Shown here piece by piece: positions 9,918 to 16,982 of a stretch of 64,000 nt of DNA (positions within the stretch are counted from its first letter, which is position 1; each line of letters begins with the position of its first letter). A model generated the notes under the pieces. That model searched no databases. It was not told where the DNA came from and saw only the letters and a list, made by a program, of their open reading frames with translations. This stretch comes from an uncultured Gammaproteobacteria bacterium (GTDB lineage Bacteria; Patescibacteriota; Patescibacteriia; Patescibacteriales; JAGXOH01), in assembly GCA_964635515.1 (NCBI GenBank), contig CAZWNU010000002.1, positions 1 through 64,000 on the forward strand, read 5' to 3'. The translations under genes were made by a program, and so were the position numbers.

Positions 9918-10004
9918 GGAGAGGTGGCCGAGTGGTCGAAGGCGCTTGCTTGGAGTGCAAGTGTATCATTTATGATACCCAGGGTTCGAATCCCTGCCTC
10001 TCCG
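9918..10004 (+). tRNA. tRNA-Ser (anticodon GGA)
   Basis: A cloverleaf was folded by hand. The acceptor is GGAGAGG/CCTCTCC, the anticodon stem CTTGC/GCAAG with loop TTGGAGT, the long variable arm GTATCAT/ATGATAC, and the T-arm CAGGG-TTCGAAT-CCCTG. CCA is not encoded. Confidence 0.93.
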
Positions 10005-10056
10005 CCGATTTTGTGTTTAGATTTATTCGATTGAGATAATTATTACCTGTTTTTTT

Positions 10057-10146
10057 GGAGGGGTGGCAGAGTGGTCGAATGCGGCGGTCTTGAAAACCGT
10101 TGGACCTTAACGGGTCCCGTGGGTTCGAATCCCACCCCCTCCGCCA
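10057..10146 (+). tRNA. tRNA-Ser (anticodon TGA), with CCA encoded
   Basis: The acceptor is GGAGGGG/CCCCTCC, the anticodon loop CTTGAAA, the long variable arm GGACC/GGTCC, and the T-arm GTGGG-TTCGAAT-CCCAC. The discriminator G is followed by CCA at 10144-10146. Confidence 0.93.
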
Positions 10147-10280
10147 AATGTAACTTCGCGCTAGGAGAGCGCATTGGCCCGCCTCGGGCCGACTCGAAGC
10201 TGGAAAAAGCGGATTATGGGAATTCGTTTGCGTCACAGCTTTTTTATGATATAAGTAGACCAACTATAAAAAAACATCAA

Positions 10281-10607
10281 ATGAAACTGGCGACAGAGCC
10301 GTACAACAACATTGCATTGGGAAGGAAAGTGATTGAGTCACGTCTTTTTGATGAAAAACGTCAACAAATTACTATTGGTGACCGGATTGTTTTCAGTGAG
10401 AATGATAAGCCAGAGAATAGTGTTACTACCGTAGTGAAGGGGTTGTTACGCTGCCAAACGTTCCAAGAGCTTTTTGCAGATCATGATCTTGCTTTATTCG
10501 GCGAAGAAAGTCGCGATTTTCTTTTGGATCAGGTAAAACAATTCTACTCTGACGAAGATGAACAGAAATACGGTGTAATCGGCATTCGCCTCCAACTACT
10601 TGACTAG
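10281..10607 (+). CDS. ASCH-domain protein (small RNA-binding/hydrolase-like fold)
   Basis: It is 108 aa. 'YNNIALGRKVIESRLFDEKRQQITIGDRIVF ... QKYGVIGIRLQLL' fits the ASCH pattern (G-K-x-E-R, GD-x-I-x-F, C-terminal YGV-x-I). The ORF-track 5' extension to 10071 overlaps the tRNA and is rejected. Confidence 0.7.
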   Translation: MKLATEPYNNIALGRKVIESRLFDEKRQQITIGDRIVFSENDKPENSVTTVVKGLLRCQTFQELFADHDLALFGEESRDFLLDQVKQFYSDEDEQKYGVIGIRLQLLD

Positions 10608-10613
10608 AGGTTC

Positions 10614-10873
10614 ATGTCTGGTTATGGCAACATCAAAAAGATCCAGAAGGGCGAACATATCCGTCAGGAGTGCGGTCGTCATCACGGTATCGTGGATATT
10701 CGTATCTACTCGACGTTCGCTGAGATGCTCAAGCACGAGAAGTCAGGGCATATTGTTCCCGACGATTCCGTGGTGCTCTTAATATTCTTCGGAATATCTA
10801 CCCGAAGCAGAAGGAGGAGTTTGGTGTGTACGTCTTTGAGTTCAAGGTCATCAAGAAAGCGACAGGTAATTAA
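10614..10873 (+). pseudogene. Frameshifted, N-terminally short ASCH-like remnant
   Basis: The frame of 10614 reads sensibly up to '...FAEMLKHEKSGHIVPDDSVV' (about nt 10775) and then becomes Arg/Ser-rich junk. The -1 frame from 10775 reads 'ALNILRNIYPKQKEEFGVYVFEFKVIKKATGN*' (stop 10871-10873), which is a typical ASCH C-terminus. Confidence 0.6.
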
Positions 10874-10899
10874 CCTTTCCGTCCGGAGGTGACTTCGAA

Positions 10900-10932
10900 C
10901 CCGACATCTATCAATAGGTGTCGGGCTTTTTC
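10900..10932 (+). terminator. Rho-independent terminator-like hairpin after the ASCH remnant
   Basis: The stem is CCCGACA(10900-06)/TGTCGGG(10919-25), followed by CTTTTTC. Confidence 0.55.
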
Positions 10933-11018
10933 TATGAACCACGAACACCACCGAGGTTGCTAAGCGATCCCGAGGCGCAGAGTTGTCACGCGCTCCACAC
11001 GTACGGTCGGGGTTGGCG

Positions 11019-11043
11019 TCACCACGCGCGTGGCGCGTGGTGA
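11019..11043. repeat. GC-rich perfect inverted repeat (10-bp stem, 5-nt loop)
   Basis: The sequence is TCACCACGCG-cgtgg-CGCGTGGTGA. It sits in a block that is 68% GC (10951-11050, counted), directly followed by a 32% GC block (11051-11150, counted). Confidence 0.8.
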
Positions 11044-11154
11044 GGAGCTCTCCTTAAAAAATGTTCGCTCAAAGGATAAAATATCTCCACTGATCTACAC
11101 ACCTGTTTTTTATATCCAGGGATAAAGACTCGAATTATTCTTTATCCAAAAAAA

Positions 11155-11178
11155 CCCGCTTGTGAGCGGGATTTTTTG
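11155..11178. terminator. Bidirectional rho-independent terminator
   Basis: The sequence is AAAAAAA-CCCGCT-tgtg-AGCGGG-ATTTTTT. On the minus strand it follows the stop of the 11270..11887 gene with a T7 run. Confidence 0.8.
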
Positions 11179-11269
11179 GATTTGTCTAGAAACTTATTGG
11201 GTTTTTTTGTTTCTGGCTACCAGAGAGCTTTTCAGAGATTTGAATTATTTGATAAGGGGACCAACAATC

Positions 11270-11887
11270 TTATTGCCACTTAATAAGATACTCATTGTAG
11301 TCTGCTCCTTCAAAAACACAGGCTGTCTCTTCCACAGTTACTTTTTTGTCTTTTAGGACAAATTCCATCATTCCCTTGAAAAACCCGGCATGATAGATAC
11401 AAATTAGGGGGTGGGTTTTGTAACCCTTCTCCCTTAATATTATTTCCTGCTTTTTTTTATCAAATTTTACCGCCTCCAAAGATCCAAAATCGAGGTGTTT
11501 ATCCCAATAATTTCCTACATTTTTAAACATGGTTTCGACTGATACCAAATATTTCAAAAGAATTTTCATAATAAAGGAGTTTCTGGTGGACCTTCTTCCC
11601 ATGTCGAAGATATCTTCATCTGTCCAGCCAAAAATTTCTTTGGCTACCACCGGTACCAAAGAGGCCTTCCCTTCGTTTACCCAATCCAGGGAGTTTATTA
11701 TCTCCTCAAAGTCTATTTCCACTCCCAGTTCTTTCATCTTTTTTTCCACTTTTTCCACCCCTTTTTCTCCCTCTTTTTCTTTTATATAGTTCTTATGGGA
11801 AACAAATATATCTCCTTTTACATTTCCTTGAAAATTTTTCAGCCTCTGGGCTGTTTCTTGTAGAGATTCTTTTTCCATATTGTCCAT
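11270..11887 (-). CDS. Hypothetical 205-aa cytoplasmic protein with a V4R-like C-terminal ligand-binding motif; paralog of 27625..28245
   Basis: The C-terminus 'HPLICIYHAGFFKGMMEFVLKDKKVTVEETACVFEGADYNEYLIKW' resembles the V4R pattern (C..x..G...G....V.V.E..C..G). It shares blocks with the 27625 gene (KEGE-G, DW, F-W-D-F-MGR, YW-K, FDK-K). Confidence 0.55.
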   Translation of the reverse strand: MDNMEKESLQETAQRLKNFQGNVKGDIFVSHKNYIKEKEGEKGVEKVEKKMKELGVEIDFEEIINSLDWVNEGKASLVPVVAKEIFGWTDEDIFDMGRRSTRNSFIMKILLKYLVSVETMFKNVGNYWDKHLDFGSLEAVKFDKKKQEIILREKGYKTHPLICIYHAGFFKGMMEFVLKDKKVTVEETACVFEGADYNEYLIKWQ

Positions 11888-12088
11888 TCTATCATTTATT
11901 AAGAATTTGTCTAATTAAGTATATTTGACCGGACTTACTGCTAAAAATAAATTTTAATTTGTTCGACGTGATTCTTTTTTTCTTTCCCTTTCGCCTGAGT
12001 TGGGGGGATGTTGATTTTTCTCTGTTCTTGTGTTAATTTAATTTTAATTGAGAAAAAATTAATAATTTAGTTGTAATTTTTTTATTTT

Positions 12089-14155
12089 ATGGAAACTCAA
12101 CAACAGGAGGAGAGAAATATTTTACAAAAGATCCTTAAACCGGAAACCCCCCGAGGAAGACTAAGACAATTCTTGTTTTTAATAGCTGTTTTGGTTTTAG
12201 GTGGTCTATTTGTTGTCGGAGGAGGTTATTACAATCAAGGAGTTGATTGGTTGGCTGAAAGAACCGGTGATTCCATAGTTTTGCCCAAAACCCAAACCAT
12301 TCCTTTTAGCCTGGGCTTGGATTTACAAGGAGGAACTCATTTGGTCTATAAAGCGGATATGAGCGATATTCCGCCGGAGCAAGAGGAGGCGGCTATCAGG
12401 GGGGTTCGGGATGTGATTGAGCGCCGGGTGGATGTTTTCGGTGTCAGTGAACCTTCTATCAGAACAGTTCAGACCGAAGACGGAAATTATCGTATCTCAG
12501 CCGACTTAGCTGGTATTAAAGATGTCAGTGAGGCAATCGAGCAAATCGGGCGCACTCCGCTTTTGCAATTCAAGGAGATGGTTGATGAGGCAGCAGAGCC
12601 TACGACTGAGGAGGAAGAAGAGATAGAGGAGTTTAATATTCAGGCCGAAGAAAGAGCCCAAGAACTTTTAGCGCGGGCCTTGTCCGAAGAAGAGGGATTT
12701 GAGGACTTGATTCAGGACCATGATGAGTCCGAAAGCATTGAACCCAGATGGGTCAGTGCTACAACAGAGTCGGAACTAGCAGCTGCAATGCAAGACCTGT
12801 CAGTAGGAGAGATTTACTCCGAGTTGGTAGAGACCTCCCAAGGCTTTCATATAGTTAAATTACTTGATCAAAGAGCTCAGATAAACGAGTTTACCGGAGA
12901 AGAGGCCAGAGAGGTAAAGGCCAGCCATCTTCTTCTCTGCCACCAGGAGACTCCTGATTGTGATAATGAACTTAGTCGGGAACAAGCTTATGAAAAGATA
13001 AAGGAGATAGGTGAAGAGGCTAGCCCTGAGAATTTTTCCTCCTTGGTGGAAGAGTATTCCACTGAGCCCGGAGCGGCTCAGAGGGAGGGTAGCTTGGGCT
13101 GGTTTGGCCGAGGAGAGATGGTAGAGCCGTTCGAAGAAGCCGCATTTGAACAAGAGGTAGGAACTATTTCTTATGTGGTTGAGACTCAGTTTGGTTTTCA
13201 TTTGATCCATAAAGTAGATGAAAGGCAGTCTTGGGAATATCAAATTCAAGATATTTTAATTCAGACTAGGGGCTTGGATCCTGCTGTAGCGGCTGAACCT
13301 GAGTGGCGAGTGACCGAGCTTTCCGGGAAGCATTTGGACAGCGCTTCTGTCCAATGGTCACAAACCGGACAACCTCAGGTAGGCCTGCGGTTTGATAGTG
13401 AAGGAGCCGATCTTTTTGCCAAAATCACAGAAGAGAATATCGGCAATGTTGTAGGTATATTTTTGGACGGAGAGGTGGTAAGCGCTCCCAATGTCAATGA
13501 AAGGATATCCGGAGGAGAAGCGGTTATTACAGGTGATTTTTCTGTTGATGAGGCCCAAAACATGGTGAGAAGCCTTAATGAAGGAGCTTTGCCTGTTCCG
13601 ATTGAGCTGATCAGCCAAAGAACCATCGGTCCCAGCCTGGGGCAAGAATCCATTGATAATAGTTTGAGCGCCGGAATCATGGGCTTGATCCTGGTGGCTG
13701 TTTTCATGATACTTATTTATCGAGGACCCGGCTTGGTTTCTGTTTTGTCCCTCTTGGTTTACGGCATTTTGGTCTTAGCGGTCTTCAAACTTTTATCCAT
13801 TACTTTGACCTTGGCCGGATTGGCTGGCTTTATTTTGTCTATTGGAATGGCAGTTGATGCTAATGTTTTGATCTGGGAGAGGTTAAAAGAGGAGCTGAGA
13901 TCAGGCAAGGAGTCTGGAGAGGCTTTGTCCGAGGCTTTCCGAAGAGCCTGGTTGTCCATTCGAGACGGAAACTTCTCCACCCTGATCACTTGCTTTATTT
14001 TAATGGAGTTTACCACTTCCCTGGTCAGAGGTTTTGCCATCACTTTGGGAATAGGTGTTTTGGTTTCTCTTTTTGCCGCTATGGTGGTCACCAAAACTTT
14101 TATAATGCTTGCTCCCGGGTCTTGGTTGAATAAAAAAATAATCGGATTAAAATAA
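12089..14155 (+). CDS. secD: Protein translocase subunit SecD with an inserted parvulin-type PPIase module
   Basis: The SecD blocks are 'LGLDLQGGTHLVY', 'IGRTPLLQFKE', 'VGIFLDGEVVSAPNVNERISGGEAVITGDF', 'EGALPVPIELISQRTIGPSLG', followed by a five-helix TM bundle. At 688 aa it is ~230 aa longer than expected because of an insert at aa ~165-400. Confidence 0.93.
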   Translation: METQQQEERNILQKILKPETPRGRLRQFLFLIAVLVLGGLFVVGGGYYNQGVDWLAERTGDSIVLPKTQTIPFSLGLDLQGGTHLVYKADMSDIPPEQEEAAIRGVRDVIERRVDVFGVSEPSIRTVQTEDGNYRISADLAGIKDVSEAIEQIGRTPLLQFKEMVDEAAEPTTEEEEEIEEFNIQAEERAQELLARALSEEEGFEDLIQDHDESESIEPRWVSATTESELAAAMQDLSVGEIYSELVETSQGFHIVKLLDQRAQINEFTGEEAREVKASHLLLCHQETPDCDNELSREQAYEKIKEIGEEASPENFSSLVEEYSTEPGAAQREGSLGWFGRGEMVEPFEEAAFEQEVGTISYVVETQFGFHLIHKVDERQSWEYQIQDILIQTRGLDPAVAAEPEWRVTELSGKHLDSASVQWSQTGQPQVGLRFDSEGADLFAKITEENIGNVVGIFLDGEVVSAPNVNERISGGEAVITGDFSVDEAQNMVRSLNEGALPVPIELISQRTIGPSLGQESIDNSLSAGIMGLILVAVFMILIYRGPGLVSVLSLLVYGILVLAVFKLLSITLTLAGLAGFILSIGMAVDANVLIWERLKEELRSGKESGEALSEAFRRAWLSIRDGNFSTLITCFILMEFTTSLVRGFAITLGIGVLVSLFAAMVVTKTFIMLAPGSWLNKKIIGLK
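12911..13222 (+). other. Parvulin (PpiC/PrsA/SurA-type rotamase) domain embedded in SecD (aa ~275-378)
   Basis: The segment 'VKASHLLL...ENFSSLVEEYSTEPGAAQREGSLGWFGRGEMVEPFEEAAFEQEVGTISYVVETQFGFHLIHKV' carries the classic parvulin hallmarks. A degenerate half-copy ending 'VGEIYSELVETSQGFHIVKLL' precedes it. Confidence 0.75.
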
Positions 14156-14164
14156 TAAAATATT

Positions 14165-15061
14165 ATGTACAGTATTATACCTAAAAGAAAAATTTGGTTT
14201 ACAATTTCCGGAATCTTGGTTACCTTGTCTTTAATTTTTTTAGTAATTTTTGGCCTTAATTTTGGGATTGATTTTGTCGGAGGCAGCTCTCTTGAGGTTC
14301 GATTTGGCAAAGATTCTCCGTCAGCCGAGTCGGTCACTGATCATCTGGCTGAATTGGAGCTGGACAGTTTAGTGGTTCAACCGGCCTCTGATAGGGAAAT
14401 GATCATTCAGTTCAAAGAAATCGATGAAGAGACTCATCAGAAGGTTATGTCCAGACTACAGGAGTTGGATGAAGAGCAATACGGTGCGGTGGAGGAGTTG
14501 CAGTATAATGCTGTAGGTCCGTCTATAGGGGATACCTTGAGAAAACAGTCCACTTATGCCGTGATCCTGGTCATTTTAGCTATAATTGCCTATATCGCCT
14601 GGGCTTTTCGTAAGGTTTCTAAGCCCATTTCTTCTTGGAAATACGGAATTACAGCCGTGATCACCCTGGTTCATGATTGCTTGATAGTTTTGGGTGTTTT
14701 CGCCTTCCTGGGTCATTTTTATAATCTAGAGTTAACCGGAGCTTTTATAGCCGCCATTCTGACCGTGTTAGGCTATAGTGTTAATGACACTATTGTGGTC
14801 TTTGACCGAGTTAGAGAGAATTTGCCTGAAAGCGAAGAAGATTTTGCCGGAACCATAAATACCAGTGTGAATCAAAATATTACACGTTCCATAAACACCT
14901 CAGTCACCACTTCTTTAGTATTGCTAAGTTTATTGATCTTTGGTGGTAGTTCCATCTTTGGTTTTTCCTTAGCCCTGTTATTGGGAGTTTTAATCGGAAC
15001 CTATAGTTCGATCTTTCTGGCCTCTCCTCTTTTGGTTTTCTGGGAGAAGAGGGCTCAGTAA
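14165..15061 (+). CDS. secF: Protein translocase subunit SecF
   Basis: It is 298 aa, follows secD by 9 nt, and has 'GIDFVGGSSLEV' and 'GYSVNDTIVVFDRVREN'. Confidence 0.94.
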   Translation: MYSIIPKRKIWFTISGILVTLSLIFLVIFGLNFGIDFVGGSSLEVRFGKDSPSAESVTDHLAELELDSLVVQPASDREMIIQFKEIDEETHQKVMSRLQELDEEQYGAVEELQYNAVGPSIGDTLRKQSTYAVILVILAIIAYIAWAFRKVSKPISSWKYGITAVITLVHDCLIVLGVFAFLGHFYNLELTGAFIAAILTVLGYSVNDTIVVFDRVRENLPESEEDFAGTINTSVNQNITRSINTSVTTSLVLLSLLIFGGSSIFGFSLALLLGVLIGTYSSIFLASPLLVFWEKRAQ

Positions 15062-15093
15062 GTGGTGTTTTTTGTATAAAGGGCAATCATTCC

Positions 15094-15130
15094 TCCCTCC
15101 TTAAGTGACAAAGGAGGGATTTTACCATTT
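15094..15130 (+). terminator. Rho-independent terminator after secF
   Basis: The 9-bp stem is TCCCTCCTT(15094-102)/AAGGAGGGA(15111-119), followed by TTTTACCATTTTT. Confidence 0.75.
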
Positions 15131-15159
15131 TTGACAATTCTTTGGATTTAAATTAGAAT
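15131..15159 (+). promoter_or_regulatory. Sigma70-like promoter upstream of proS
   Basis: TTGACA (15131-36), a 17-nt spacer, and TAGAAT (15154-59) lie ~78 nt upstream of the proS ATG. Confidence 0.5.
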
Positions 15160-15236
15160 AGTAATTAGTTTTGAAACGAATTTTTTGCTAATTGTACAAA
15201 AAATTTGCACATTAATTATTTCTTTAGTTTGTTTTT

Positions 15237-16949
15237 ATGAAAATCTCTCAACTTTTGACCAAGACTATCAAACAAGCTCCCAGTAGAGAGGAGAGTTTGA
15301 ACTCCAGACTTTTGATCCAGGCCGGTTTTATTGACAAGACCATGGCCGGTGTCTATAGTTTTTTACCCCTGGGCTGGAGGGTGATGAAGAAGTTGAAAAA
15401 CATAATTCGGGAGGAGATGGATGGAATCGGGGGTCAGGAAATTTTTATGCCTAGTTTGTCACCCCGGGAGTTCTGGGAGACTACCGGGCGTCTGGAAAAG
15501 GTGGACAACCTCTTTCAGGCCCGGGCGGCTAACAAACTCTCCAAACAGCTAAATGATTCATCTTATGTGATCTGCTCCACTCATGAGGAAGTGGTCACCC
15601 CTTTGGTTCAAAAGCATACTATCAGCTACAAGGACTTACCAGTAGCGGTTTATCAAATTCAAAACAAGTTCAGAAACGAGGCTCGACCCAAGTCAGGGCT
15701 CTTGAGGGGAAGGGAGTTTTTGATGAAGGACCTCTACAGTTTTCACACTACGCAAGAAGATTTGAAACAATATTATGAAGAGGTAAAAAAAGCCTATCTA
15801 AGGGTATTTGAAAGATTGGGCGTACTTGAAGACACCTATGTTACCCTGGCCAGTGGCGGAGATTTCACTGACGAATATTCTCATGAGTTTCAAACCAAAT
15901 GCCCTACTGGTGAAGACCTTTGTTTTCACGCTCCTTCCGCCCGGATCACTTTTAACCAGGAGGTAGCTCCCAGTTTGGCACCTAGATCGGAGGACGATGA
16001 AGAAGAAAAAGCTTTAGAGAAGGTAAAGACCCCGGACATCGTTACTATTGATAAATTATGTGATTTTCTGAGCCTGGATCCTAGCCGAACCGTTAAAACC
16101 CTGCTTTATGAAACAGAAGACGGCGGGGTGGTGGCGGTGGCCTTGCGAGGAGATTATGATGTTTGCGATTTGAAATTGAAAGATGTCTTGGCCGGACAAG
16201 TCTTTGATCTGGCCTCTGAAGAAAAGATCAAGGAGATCACCGGTGCCGAACTCGGTTATTCCGGTCTGATCGGTCTTGGTCAGGAGGTAAAGATAATTTG
16301 TGATGATTCTCTTAAGGACGGGAAGAACATGGCAATGGGAGCCAATGAAACGGATTATCATCTTCTGAATGTCAATTTTAGCCGGGATATTCCGAATTTG
16401 CAGGAGTTTTTCGATATTAAAACAGCTAAGCCGGGTGATCTGTATCCGGAAACAGGAGAGAAATACGAGAGTTTTAAGGCCAGCGAGGTGGCGAATATCT
16501 TTATACTGGACACCAAATATTCCCAAGACTTTGATTATTATTATACCGATGCCGAAGGTAACAAGAAACCGGTCTATATGGGCTGCTACGGCCTGGGCCC
16601 CAGCAGGCTTATGGGAGTGTTGGCAGAGAAGTTTTCGGATGACTCCGGTTTGAGTTGGCCTGAGGCAGCAGCTCCCTTCAGGGTCCATTTGATTTCTTTG
16701 AAGGAGAATCGAAAAGCCGACGAGCTTTATCAAGAGCTTCAGAAAAGGGGTTGCGAAGTCTTGTATGATGATCGAGATGAGGTAAGCGCCGGAGAAAAGT
16801 TTGCTGATGCCGATCTGATAGGCTGCCCCCTGAGATTGGTCATCAGCCAAAAGACCTTGGCTGATGATTGCGTGGAGTGGAAGGAAAGGAAGAGTCAAAG
16901 CCCGAAACTTGTGGGTTTAAGCGAGATCTATGAGAAGTTGGGTGTCTAG
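15237..16949 (+). CDS. proS: Prolyl-tRNA synthetase (bacterial type with an editing insertion)
   Basis: It is 570 aa with class II motifs ('FRNEARPKSGLLRGREFLMKD', 'GCYGLGPSRL'). Confidence 0.95.
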   Translation: MKISQLLTKTIKQAPSREESLNSRLLIQAGFIDKTMAGVYSFLPLGWRVMKKLKNIIREEMDGIGGQEIFMPSLSPREFWETTGRLEKVDNLFQARAANKLSKQLNDSSYVICSTHEEVVTPLVQKHTISYKDLPVAVYQIQNKFRNEARPKSGLLRGREFLMKDLYSFHTTQEDLKQYYEEVKKAYLRVFERLGVLEDTYVTLASGGDFTDEYSHEFQTKCPTGEDLCFHAPSARITFNQEVAPSLAPRSEDDEEEKALEKVKTPDIVTIDKLCDFLSLDPSRTVKTLLYETEDGGVVAVALRGDYDVCDLKLKDVLAGQVFDLASEEKIKEITGAELGYSGLIGLGQEVKIICDDSLKDGKNMAMGANETDYHLLNVNFSRDIPNLQEFFDIKTAKPGDLYPETGEKYESFKASEVANIFILDTKYSQDFDYYYTDAEGNKKPVYMGCYGLGPSRLMGVLAEKFSDDSGLSWPEAAAPFRVHLISLKENRKADELYQELQKRGCEVLYDDRDEVSAGEKFADADLIGCPLRLVISQKTLADDCVEWKERKSQSPKLVGLSEIYEKLGV

Positions 16950-16982
16950 ATTGTTCAATTTTTTTATTTTAATTTGTGGAAT

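Noticed and set aside
9970-10263. A 97-aa minus-strand ORF, and the 5' extension of the + ORF at 10071..10607, both lying across the tRNA region
   Set aside because: Both overlap the two hand-folded tRNA-Ser genes, and their sequence is simply translated tRNA. The ASCH gene is called from the internal ATG at 10281 instead.
10600-10782. A 60-aa ORF in the third frame across the ASCH junction
   Set aside because: It is Arg/Ser-rich out-of-frame text overlapping the better-supported ASCH remnant frames.
10891-10910. A possible att-like partial copy of the tRNA T-arm ('gacTTCGAAcccgac' vs 'gggTTCGAAtcccac') at the end of the ASCH islet
   Set aside because: Only the TTCGAA core and a few flanking bases match, which is easily chance. 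The segment is better explained as the left arm of the terminator hairpin.
16056-16898. A 280-aa ORF antisense to proS
   Set aside because: It is entirely inside the well-supported proS CDS, has no recognisable motifs, and has shadow-ORF composition. The same reasoning applies to the antisense ORFs at 13759..14337, 17264..17776, 18394..18894, 32207..32701, 40825..41271 and 49367..49828.
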